Part shown: positions 10,541 through 19,069 of the stretch, in pieces
Numbering within the stretch: the stretch's first letter is position 1
Layout: each line of letters opens with the position of its first letter
DNA from: Planctomycetota bacterium
GTDB taxonomy: Bacteria; Planctomycetota; UBA1135; UBA2386
Length of the DNA stretch: 64,000 nt
Assembly (NCBI GenBank): GCA_965223545.1
Contig: OZ245006.1
Location: 512,001-576,000, forward strand
Direction of reading: 5' to 3'
Translations under genes and position numbers: made by a program
Notes under the pieces: generated by a model
Told to the model about the DNA's origin: nothing
Database searches by the model: none
Seen by the model: only the letters and a program-made list of their open reading frames with translations

Positions 10541-12058
10541 ATGCGACACCTCTCCATCCTCGCTTCTCTCACCGCCGCGACGCTCTGTCTGCCGGCCCCA
10601 CGCGCACAGACTTGGCAGCACTACCCCACCCCGACCGCGGGCGATCGCGAGGGCATCCGCGACGTCAGCGGCACCTCCGCCGCTGACGTGTGGGCCGTCG
10701 GCTCGCGGACCTTCGGTCTCTTCCTGCCGCGCACATCGACCCTGGTGTTTCGGTTCGACGGCACCGCATGGTCGGAGGTGCCGTCGCCCGACGCGGTGGT
10801 GCACCCGCCGGGAAGCCGCCAGTACAACGAGCTCTTCGGCGTGACCACCTTGCCCGCGGGGCGGGCACTGGCAGTCGGCGCTGCCGACTTCGACACCCTC
10901 GCCTCGCAGGCGATCGGCATGGTCTGGGACGGTCAGGCCTGGAACTTGGACCTGCCGCCGGCCCGGCCCGGCGGCAGCGGTTTGAACGCGGTCGACACCA
11001 CGCCCAGCGGCAACGCGTGGGCCGCCGGCTGGCGGTGGAGTCTCGGCTACACCGCGGGCTACCTCGCCCGTTACGACGGCAGCGGCTGGCGCACGCTCGA
11101 GGCGCCTCCGGTGGGAACACGGCGGCACGTGTTCGGCGGTCTGCACGCGGTGAGCGACACCGACATCTGGGCGGTCGGCTCGTGGGGCAACACGACCGGC
11201 GACTTCAACGTGCTCGCGCAACACTTCGACGGCAGCGCGTGGACGACGTTCTCGATTCCGACTCCGGGAGGCCTCGACCAGCTGCACGACGTCTTCGCCA
11301 TCGCCGGCGACGACGTGTGGGCGGCGGGCGAGTACTACTCGTTGACCGAGTTCCGCCGCTTGCCCCTGCTCCTGCACTACGACGGCAGCGGTTGGACGCG
11401 CGCTGCGCTGCCGCCGGTCGGGCCGGGATCCGCCGACCTGCGCGGCATCGTCGCGCGGGGACCCAACGAGGTCTTCGCGGCCGGCACGCACGCCGACCCC
11501 GCCGGCCGCGCCCGCCCCTACATGCTGTCTTACGACGGCGCGGTGTGGACGCAGGTCACCCTGCCGGCGTTGGCCGGCAACAGCGAGGTGTTCTCGTCGG
11601 TCAACGCCACCCCCGACGGCGACGTATGGGCCGTCGGCAGCTACTTCAACGGCACCATCGCCGCGGGACTGACCGAGCGCCTGGCCGCCGGCGGCAGCGC
11701 CACTCCGCTGGCCGGCACCGGCTGCCCCGGCACCGCGCCAACTCAAGTGTCCGGCACCTTGGCGCTCGGCCGCGCGGTGACGGTGACCAACGCCAACCCC
11801 TGCGGTGCGGGCGCGGGCTTGCTCGCGTTCGGCTTGCAACCCGCGGCCATCGGCGTCGGCGGTTGCAGCGGCCTGCGGTGCAACTTGGGCACCGTGCCGC
11901 TCGCCGTTCTGTCCGCGCCCGGCCGCGCCACGCTCGGCTTCACGGTGCCCGACGATCCGGTGTGGATCGGTCGGCGGCTCACCGTGCAAGGCGGTTGTTT
12001 CGGTGCCACCGGACCCTGCCTACAGCTCGACGCCGCCGTCGAGATCTCCCTCCGGTGA
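10541..12058 (+). CDS. Secreted protein with DVWAVG / FDG..W repeats (beta-propeller-like) and shared C-terminal domain
   Basis: Signal peptide (..PRA|Q), about 7 repeats, C-terminal GTGCPG...Q...AVEISLR domain. Confidence 0.85.
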   Translation: MRHLSILASLTAATLCLPAPRAQTWQHYPTPTAGDREGIRDVSGTSAADVWAVGSRTFGLFLPRTSTLVFRFDGTAWSEVPSPDAVVHPPGSRQYNELFGVTTLPAGRALAVGAADFDTLASQAIGMVWDGQAWNLDLPPARPGGSGLNAVDTTPSGNAWAAGWRWSLGYTAGYLARYDGSGWRTLEAPPVGTRRHVFGGLHAVSDTDIWAVGSWGNTTGDFNVLAQHFDGSAWTTFSIPTPGGLDQLHDVFAIAGDDVWAAGEYYSLTEFRRLPLLLHYDGSGWTRAALPPVGPGSADLRGIVARGPNEVFAAGTHADPAGRARPYMLSYDGAVWTQVTLPALAGNSEVFSSVNATPDGDVWAVGSYFNGTIAAGLTERLAAGGSATPLAGTGCPGTAPTQVSGTLALGRAVTVTNANPCGAGAGLLAFGLQPAAIGVGGCSGLRCNLGTVPLAVLSAPGRATLGFTVPDDPVWIGRRLTVQGGCFGATGPCLQLDAAVEISLR

Positions 12059-12114
12059 GTCGCGCCAGGACGCGGCCACAGCCTCCTTCTTCGATCCGCA
12101 AAACCGAATCACCA

Positions 12115-13485
12115 ATGACCCGCACTCCAACCAACATTCTCGGCGGTCTCTTGCTGCTCGGCAGCATCGCCGCGCAAGGTCCTTACTCCGTCACCGCCTT
12201 GCCCCAAGGCGCGCTGCCGCGCGACATCAACGACGCCGGCCAGATCACCGGCTTCATCAACGGACCGCAATCGACGACGCGCGCGTTCTTGTTCGACCCG
12301 GCGACCGGCTTGACCGACATCGGCGCTCTCCCCGGCTTCCCGAGCGCGGCGGCATACGCGCTCAACGACGCCGGTCAGGTCGTCGGCAGCTCGTGGCCGG
12401 CGGTGATCGCCAGGCCGGGCCACGCGTTTCTGTTCACGCCCGGCGCCGGCATGATCGACCTCGGCGAGATCTCGGGCCCGACCAGCGAGGCGCGCTGCAT
12501 CGACAACCACGCCAACATCGGCGGCAACGCCGACGCGTTCGCGTTCAGTCCACTCGCGTTCTACCGGCCGGCGGGCGGTGCGATGGCGGTGGTGCCGGGA
12601 CTCGGCGGCAACGTCGAGGACCTCGCCGACGCCGGCTGGATCGTCGGCGCCGACAGCTACGTCACGCCCGGCGGGTCGACGGTCCGGCTGCCGCCGAGCC
12701 CCTCGACGCCACTGCGGCTGGCGCGCGCGGTCAACGACAGCGGCCAGATCGCAGGTGAGATGTCCGACGCCTCGGGCTCACCCAGCTACGGTTTCCGCTA
12801 CGACCAGGGCAGCGGTCAGCTGACCAACCTGGGCTCGATCTCGCGCTTCGGCGGCATCACCGACATCGATTCGAAAGGCACCGTCGTCGGAGCCGCCAAG
12901 CTCGGCACGCGCGTCGACTCCGACGCGTTGATCTCGTTCGGCGGCGGCCCGCTGCAGCCGGTGGACGGCTTGCTCGTGCCGGGCTCCGGCTGGGACATCC
13001 TGACCATCAGCGCCATCAACGAGCGCGGCCAGATGGTCGGCACCGCGCGCTTCGCGCTCGGCGCCGTGGTCGGCGTCCGCCTCGACCCGGTGCAGAACAA
13101 CCCCGCGTCCAGCACCCTGACGGTCCAGGGCTGTCGCTCGGGGACCGCGTACTTCCGCGCCACGCCTCCGGTGCTGGGCCGCCCGTGGATCACCGTCCTC
13201 GCGGCCGCAACAGCCGCCCAATCCGGCGCGACCGCGCTCACCGCAGGCCACCACCCTCCCCTGTCCTGGCCGGGCGGCTGCGCCACCTGGCTCGGCGGAG
13301 CCGCGTCCGCGGTCTGGACCCCGTTCTCGACCAACGCCGGCGGCAACACCACGCGCTCGCTCCTCCTCCCCGACGTCGCCGCGTGGGTCGGCCTGCCAGT
13401 CACCGCCCAAGCACTGCTGATCGAGCCCACCACCCCCGCCGGTTGGACCGCAACCCAGGCCGCGCAACTGACCCTCGGGCGCTAA
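12115..13485 (+). CDS. Secreted HAF-repeat-like protein with shared C-terminal domain
   Basis: Signal peptide (..IAA|Q); INDAGQITG, RAFLF, HAFLF, MIDLG, AINERGQMVG repeats. Confidence 0.85.
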   Translation: MTRTPTNILGGLLLLGSIAAQGPYSVTALPQGALPRDINDAGQITGFINGPQSTTRAFLFDPATGLTDIGALPGFPSAAAYALNDAGQVVGSSWPAVIARPGHAFLFTPGAGMIDLGEISGPTSEARCIDNHANIGGNADAFAFSPLAFYRPAGGAMAVVPGLGGNVEDLADAGWIVGADSYVTPGGSTVRLPPSPSTPLRLARAVNDSGQIAGEMSDASGSPSYGFRYDQGSGQLTNLGSISRFGGITDIDSKGTVVGAAKLGTRVDSDALISFGGGPLQPVDGLLVPGSGWDILTISAINERGQMVGTARFALGAVVGVRLDPVQNNPASSTLTVQGCRSGTAYFRATPPVLGRPWITVLAAATAAQSGATALTAGHHPPLSWPGGCATWLGGAASAVWTPFSTNAGGNTTRSLLLPDVAAWVGLPVTAQALLIEPTTPAGWTATQAAQLTLGR

Positions 13486-13577
13486 CGGAAGTACCGAGTC
13501 TGACTCGATTTTCTCGCTTCCCACCCACCCCACGGAATGAAACGCCAAGGGACGGTGTCCCTGAAGGCGGAGCCCCC

Positions 13578-14312
13578 GTGCACCACCGCCCCACCCTGCC
13601 GAGCGCTGCGCGCTCTCCCGTTTCGCCGGTCCTCGCGGTCTTTCTGGTCGGCGCTGGCACGACCAGCTGCGCCGCGCCGCCGGCCGACACCGTCGCGGTC
13701 GAGACCTGGGGCACGATGCGCGCGGCCCTGCGCCAGGGCGACGCGGTTGCACGCGTCAGCCTGGCGGGCCTGCAGTCGCACAGTGCGATCGCGGTCGGCG
13801 CGCTGGCCGACTTGGCAGGCGAAGTCACCATTCTCGACGGCCGCGTCCTGGTCGCGGTGGCCGAGGGTGGAGAGTGCCGCGTCTCCGACGCGCCCCCCGA
13901 GGCGGCCGCGACGCTCCTCGCCCGCGCCGAGGTCCCGGCTTGGCGCGCGCTGCCGCTGCCCGACTGCTCGAGCTACGACGCACTCGAGGCCGCCATTGGC
14001 GAGGCTCTCGATCGCTGCGGGTTCGATCGCCGACAACCGACGCCAGTGCGCATCCGCGCGCGGACGCCGCACATCGAGTTCCACGTGGTCGCCGGCGCGT
14101 GCCCGATCGCCAACCCCACCGGCCCGCCGCCGTGGCGGTTTGCCGGCGCGCTCGAACAGGTCGAGCTGGTCGGCTTCTACGTCGAGGCCGCGGCCGGCAC
14201 GTGGACGCACCACGACCGGTGCACGCACCTGCACGTCGTCGCGCCCGAGCGCATGGGCCACCTGGACGCAGTGGCGACACGCGATGCGGTGCTGCTTGTG
14301 CCGCGCCGTTGA
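13578..14312 (+). CDS. Alpha-acetolactate decarboxylase-like protein, probable lipoprotein (start uncertain)
   Basis: WGTMRAAL, GALADLAGEVTILDG, LVGFY, THLH...MGHLD metal motif; lipobox-like GTTSC. Confidence 0.65.
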   Translation: MHHRPTLPSAARSPVSPVLAVFLVGAGTTSCAAPPADTVAVETWGTMRAALRQGDAVARVSLAGLQSHSAIAVGALADLAGEVTILDGRVLVAVAEGGECRVSDAPPEAAATLLARAEVPAWRALPLPDCSSYDALEAAIGEALDRCGFDRRQPTPVRIRARTPHIEFHVVAGACPIANPTGPPPWRFAGALEQVELVGFYVEAAAGTWTHHDRCTHLHVVAPERMGHLDAVATRDAVLLVPRR

Positions 14313-14642
14313 CAGGGCGTGGTGCGGGCCAACCTCATTCGCCGACTGCCACGGCCGCGACCAACACGCAGGCGACGACGAGGTGCGCCGCCCGCAGGCC
14401 CCGCAACCAGGCGAGCCCGCGGCGCGCGGCGGACAACAAGAAGGCGGAGACGATCGGAGGATTGCGCATGCGAATCGGTGGGTTTGTCGGAGATACGACC
14501 TCGCGCAACGCTCGTGCCGCACGCGAACCCCGGAATCCGCGTCCGGGCCTCGAACGATCAGCGCGGCGGCGTGTCCCCCCCGGGACGTCCAGGGCACCCC
14601 GCCCGGGTATCCGTCCGTGCTGACGGCTAGGATGCAGACCCC

Positions 14643-16196
14643 ATGCGGTGGTCCGGACCACGAAGGCTGACGCGCCGCGAAGTGCTGGGCGCAGGAGCAC
14701 GCGCTGCCGCCGGCATCTCTGCCGCGTCGGCCATCGGGCGCATCGCGCTCCAAGGGCGCCCCGCCGGCGAGTCGCCCTCGGCGCGGGTCGCCCGACTCGT
14801 CTTGCAGACCCCGCGCGAGGACGTGCTCGAGGTGCTGGCTCGCGAAGTGCGCAACCGCGGCCTCGACCCCGTCGATGTCACCGCCGGCCTGCACCGCGCC
14901 AGCGCGCTCCGGCTCATCCCGACGCGCTACCTCGGCAGTGAGTTCCACGCCCTGCTGATGGCCCACCCGATCGCGGCCACCGCCGCGCTGCTGCCGCCCG
15001 CGCGGCGCTGGGAACCGGTCTTGCTGGCCACCGACTACTTCAAGAAGGTCGAGGCCCTGCACCTGGCGCGCGGCGCGGCGACCGCTTTCGAGGCCCTGCC
15101 CAGCTCGGCGGAATCCGATCCCGACCGCGCGCGCACTCGCCTCATCACGGCTCTCGACGACTGGGACGTCGCCGCCGCCGAGCGCGCGGTGCTCGCCTTC
15201 GCCCGCGCCGCGGGCAGGGCCGCCACGTTCGACCTACTGTTCCGCTACGGCGCACGCGACCTCCGGCAGATCGGCCACAAGACGATCCTGGTCGCCAACG
15301 CCTGGCAGGTCACCGCCGTCGTGGGTTGGGCCGAATGCGCCCCCCTCCTGCGCTCGGTGATCCGCGGCCTGCTGCTACACGAAGAGGACAATCCCAACGG
15401 CCGCGACTCGCCGTTCGACGCGCCGTGGCGTCAGAGCCGCGAGGCACTCGGCGACCTGTCGCCAGAGTGGCTGCGCGGCACGACCGACCGAACGCACGAC
15501 ATCCTCGGCGCCCTGCGCGACGAACCCATTTCCGACGTGCCGCACCGGATCGCGCATCTGCTCGATCAGGGTGCCTCGACCGACGCGTTTTGGACCGCGT
15601 GCTCCTGCGCCGCGGCAGAGCTGCTGTTCCGCTGGCCCCACAGCCTGGTGACGCTGCACGCCGTCACCACGATGCATGCCCTGCGCACGGCGTTCGACAG
15701 CGCCAGCACGACCACCACGCGCCAGCTTCTCGTTATGCAGGCCGCCGCGCGGCTCACCGGCTTCCGCGACGAGGCGCACCGGCTGCTCGGCGACCCCAAC
15801 GTGCCCCTTCGCATCGAGGACCTCGAACCAGTCGACGACCCGCAGGCCGACCCGACCGTCCCCGCCGCAGAGCAGGCTTCGACCACGGAGAACGCCGGCC
15901 GCATGCTCGCGGTCGCGCGCGCCCGCGACCATGGCGCACTGTGGCGCGCGCTCGTGCCGAAGATCACCGCGCACGCGCTCGACATCCACGACCTCAAGCA
16001 CCCGATCGCGGTCTACGAAGACGCGCGCCGCATCCTGCCTGGCTGGGCCGACCGCTACCTCGCCCTGTCGGCGCGCGACTTTGCGCCGACCCCCGGCGAA
16101 CCCACCGACGAGCACCGCACGCACGCCCACAAGCTCTGCCGTGACGAAGCGTGCAGCGCGCGCGTGCGCGCCGCGCTCCGCGCGATCCGCGGCTGA
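14643..16196 (+). CDS. Tat-exported alpha-helical hypothetical protein with recurring His motifs
   Basis: LTRREVLG twin-arginine signal; EFHAL, IGHKTI, LHAVTTMHA, IHDLKH. Confidence 0.75.
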   Translation: MRWSGPRRLTRREVLGAGARAAAGISAASAIGRIALQGRPAGESPSARVARLVLQTPREDVLEVLAREVRNRGLDPVDVTAGLHRASALRLIPTRYLGSEFHALLMAHPIAATAALLPPARRWEPVLLATDYFKKVEALHLARGAATAFEALPSSAESDPDRARTRLITALDDWDVAAAERAVLAFARAAGRAATFDLLFRYGARDLRQIGHKTILVANAWQVTAVVGWAECAPLLRSVIRGLLLHEEDNPNGRDSPFDAPWRQSREALGDLSPEWLRGTTDRTHDILGALRDEPISDVPHRIAHLLDQGASTDAFWTACSCAAAELLFRWPHSLVTLHAVTTMHALRTAFDSASTTTTRQLLVMQAAARLTGFRDEAHRLLGDPNVPLRIEDLEPVDDPQADPTVPAAEQASTTENAGRMLAVARARDHGALWRALVPKITAHALDIHDLKHPIAVYEDARRILPGWADRYLALSARDFAPTPGEPTDEHRTHAHKLCRDEACSARVRAALRAIRG

Positions 16197-16287
16197 CCGT
16201 CGCCACTCCGCGCGTCGCCGTCGCGCGCCACGCGAACGGTGAGGGCTTGCGCCCACCACCACACTCCGCTACGGTCGGCTCCACGCT

Positions 16288-16430
16288 CTCCGGGGTTTCG
16301 GAAGTGAGGTGCAAAGCCTCCGCGGACCCGCCGCTGTGAGTGCCGACGAAAGTCACAACTGCCACTGGCGCAACCGCCGGGAAGGCGTGGCGAGTAGGAC
16401 GACGGCACAAGCCAGAAGACGGCCCCGGCG
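16288..16430 (+). promoter_or_regulatory. Cobalamin (B12) riboswitch
   Basis: GGAAGtgaGGTGcAAAgCC..CGgaCCCGCCGCTGTGA core, GCCACTG...CGGGAAGGC, 3' AGCCAGAAGAC box, closing CCGGGG/CCCCGG stem. Confidence 0.9.
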
Positions 16431-16472
16431 CGTTTCCCAAATCACTCACCCTCTCGAGGAATGGAGGCAGAG

Positions 16473-17480
16473 ATGCTGTGGCCCCTCCGCGCCACCGTGG
16501 CGCCGTCGTGGATTCTGTGTTCGTGCGTGCTGTTCGCCGCCACCGCCGGCGCGCAGTCCCGCTTCGCGTCGCGCGTCGTCTCGTTCGACGACAGGGGACA
16601 GGCCGGTGGCGGCGTGTTCCAGCCGACCAATGTCTTGGGTGCGCCCGACGGAGCAGTGCACTCGCTCGGCATCGGCGGCAACGTCGTGGCCGGCTTCGAC
16701 GTCATCATCGCCGACGGCCCCGGCGCCGACCTGATCATCGGCGAGAATCCGTTCCGCTCGACCACCGATCCCCGCCAGTCGTTCGCCGAGGCGGTGTTCG
16801 TCGAAGTCAGCTCCGACGGAGTCAACTTCGCGCGCATTCCGAGCTTCTACTACGGCCCCCCCACCAGTCCCGGGCCGTTCGGCTTCATCAACGTCGGCGA
16901 CTACGACGGCCTGGCCGGCATCTCCCCGCTCAACTCGAGCGCCAGCGATCCGCTCGACGTCGTCGACGCCGGCGGGGATGCCATCGACCTCGCCGATCTC
17001 GCCAACGATCCACTGGTGCGCGCCGGCCTGGTCAACCTGCGCTTCATCCGCGAAGTGCGCTTGGTCGACGTGCGCGACGGCATCGACCGGGACAGCCGCG
17101 GCGTGACGATCCACGACCCCGGCAGCGGCAGCGCCGACATCGACGCCATCGCGGTCGTGCACGACACCGTCAGCGTGGGGCGCCGCGGACCCGAGGTCGA
17201 CGTCGTGGTCCCCGCCGACGGCGCCTTCGAACTCGCCGTCGACGACCCCGACGGCGTCGGCGACCTGGATCCGACCTCCGTGCGCATCGCGTTGTTCGGC
17301 GTCGAGCTGCCACTCTCGAGCATCCTGCCGCTGATGACCGTCACCCGGCTGGACGCCACCGGCTTCACGCTCAAGCTGAAGTTCGCCCTGCCACCCGGCT
17401 TTGCCCTGCGCGTGTCCGCCTCGGCCAAGGACCGCGCGGGCAACCGCAGTGGTGACAGCCGCTCGCGCCCCCTCAACTGA
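16473..17480 (+). CDS. Secreted/cell-surface protein under B12 riboswitch, candidate cobalamin-binding protein
   Basis: GGAGG RBS, signal peptide (..AGA|Q); SLGIGG..GFD..DGPGADLIIGENPF..FAEAVFVEVSSDG..GGDAIDLADL..DIDAI motifs. Confidence 0.75.
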   Translation: MLWPLRATVAPSWILCSCVLFAATAGAQSRFASRVVSFDDRGQAGGGVFQPTNVLGAPDGAVHSLGIGGNVVAGFDVIIADGPGADLIIGENPFRSTTDPRQSFAEAVFVEVSSDGVNFARIPSFYYGPPTSPGPFGFINVGDYDGLAGISPLNSSASDPLDVVDAGGDAIDLADLANDPLVRAGLVNLRFIREVRLVDVRDGIDRDSRGVTIHDPGSGSADIDAIAVVHDTVSVGRRGPEVDVVVPADGAFELAVDDPDGVGDLDPTSVRIALFGVELPLSSILPLMTVTRLDATGFTLKLKFALPPGFALRVSASAKDRAGNRSGDSRSRPLN

Positions 17481-17498
17481 CCCCAGCGAGGCCACCCC

Positions 17499-18242
17499 AT
17501 GGTTCCTCTTCCGGCCCCGCGCCCGGAATCCGCCACGCCGGTACTGATGTCCTGGAGCGGTGGCAAGGACAGCGCTTTGGCACTTCACGCTCTGCTGCGC
17601 GATCCGCGCTGGGAGGTGGCCGGTCTGCTCTGCGCCATCGCTGGCGAGTTCAACCGCGTCAGCCACCACGGCGTGCGCGCCGATCTGATCGAGGCGCAAG
17701 CGGACGCCATCGGTCTTCCCCTGACGCGAGTGGTGGTCCCTGCCGGGGCAGCCAACTCCGTCTGGGAAGAGCGGATGCACGCCACGCTCCTGGACTGCCG
17801 GGCCCGCGGTGTTCGACACATGGCGCACGGCGACCTGCACTTGCAGTGCATCCGGGACTACCGCGAACGCCACCTCGCCGAGGTCGGCATGCGAGGCGTG
17901 TTTCCGCTGTGGGGCCGCGCACCCGACAGCGTGCTCGACGCGTTCCTCCGGCTCGGGTTCCGCGCGCACCTGTGCTGCGTCGAAGCCAGTCTCGGCGCGC
18001 GATACGCCGGGCACGCCATCGACGACACGTTTCGGCGAGCCCTGCCGCCAGGCGTCGACCCATGTGGTGAGCGCGGCGAGTACCACTCGTTCGTCTGGGA
18101 CGGGCCGATCTTCAACCACCCCGTCGCGGTCCGCCGCGGCGCCACCGTCGAGCGAGATGGGCGCTGGTACACCGATCTCTTGGCCTGCGACGACTCGTCC
18201 GCCGACTCTCCCCACTCCGAACCCAACAAGAGGCCATCATGA
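17499..18242 (+). CDS. Adenine nucleotide alpha-hydrolase, diphthine-ammonia ligase (Dph6/MJ0570)-like ATPase
   Basis: PP-loop SWSGGKDS, GDLHL..IR.YRE, FPLWG, DPCGERGEYHSFVWDGPIF. Confidence 0.9.
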   Translation: MVPLPAPRPESATPVLMSWSGGKDSALALHALLRDPRWEVAGLLCAIAGEFNRVSHHGVRADLIEAQADAIGLPLTRVVVPAGAANSVWEERMHATLLDCRARGVRHMAHGDLHLQCIRDYRERHLAEVGMRGVFPLWGRAPDSVLDAFLRLGFRAHLCCVEASLGARYAGHAIDDTFRRALPPGVDPCGERGEYHSFVWDGPIFNHPVAVRRGATVERDGRWYTDLLACDDSSADSPHSEPNKRPS

Positions 18243-18826
18243 ACTCGTCGATCTCCAACCACCTGGCACTGATCAGCATTGCAGCGGTCGCCGCCGCGAC
18301 GCGCCTGCTGCCGCATCCGCCCAACTTCACCGCCGTGACGGCAATCGCGCTGTTCGCCGGGGCACGGGGCACGGACCTGCGCACGGCACTCGCGATCCCG
18401 CTTCTGGCGATGCTGCTCGGCGATGCCGGCCTGGCCGTACTGCACTACGGAGCGTCCGCGTTCGCGTCGGCCCCCTGGGTCTACGCCAGCGTTGCCGGGG
18501 TGGCGTTGCTCGGCCGCGCGCTGCGACGTAGCCGCCCGTACCGTGTCGTCTTGGTCGGCGCCCCGCTCGGCTCGCTGCTCTTTTTCGCGGTGACCAACTT
18601 CGGCGTCTGGTGGGGCGGCGCTCTCTACCCGCGCACGACCGAGGGTCTCGGCACCTGCTTCCTCGCGGCGCTTCCGTTCTTGCGCAATCAGTTGGCGGCG
18701 ACCCTGCTCTTCACGGGCTTGGCGCTGGCGGCGTGGGAGATCGCCGGTCGCCGCGGCCGGATCTCTGTCGGCGCACGCCTCCGACCTCGCGAAGCCGCTG
18801 ATCGCCGTGGGCAACACTTGGACTGA
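18239..18826 (+). CDS. BtuM/DUF6580-like membrane transporter (solitary S-component type)
   Basis: RLLPHPPNFT.V.AIALF and FFAVTNFGVW...YP.T..GL..C..AALPF.RNQ motifs; about 6 TM helices; ATGA overlap with the upstream gene. Confidence 0.8.
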   Translation: MNSSISNHLALISIAAVAAATRLLPHPPNFTAVTAIALFAGARGTDLRTALAIPLLAMLLGDAGLAVLHYGASAFASAPWVYASVAGVALLGRALRRSRPYRVVLVGAPLGSLLFFAVTNFGVWWGGALYPRTTEGLGTCFLAALPFLRNQLAATLLFTGLALAAWEIAGRRGRISVGARLRPREAADRRGQHLD

Positions 18827-19069
18827 GGTCACGCCGTGCAGCGCGCCCCCTCGAGCTCGCCGAGCACGTCAAGCGCGGAGTCCGCGCGGCCGCCGGCACG
18901 CCGATCGACTTCGACAGTTTCGTCGCGGCGAACACCCGTCCCGACGACGAGGCAAACACGTCGCGACCACGGTACTTTGATTTTCTCGTGCGGCCGGACA
19001 CCCTCCCCCACGCACTGAGTGTGGCGCTCGCCTGCAGAGCTCCGCTCGGCCAATCGCAACTCGAATGCA

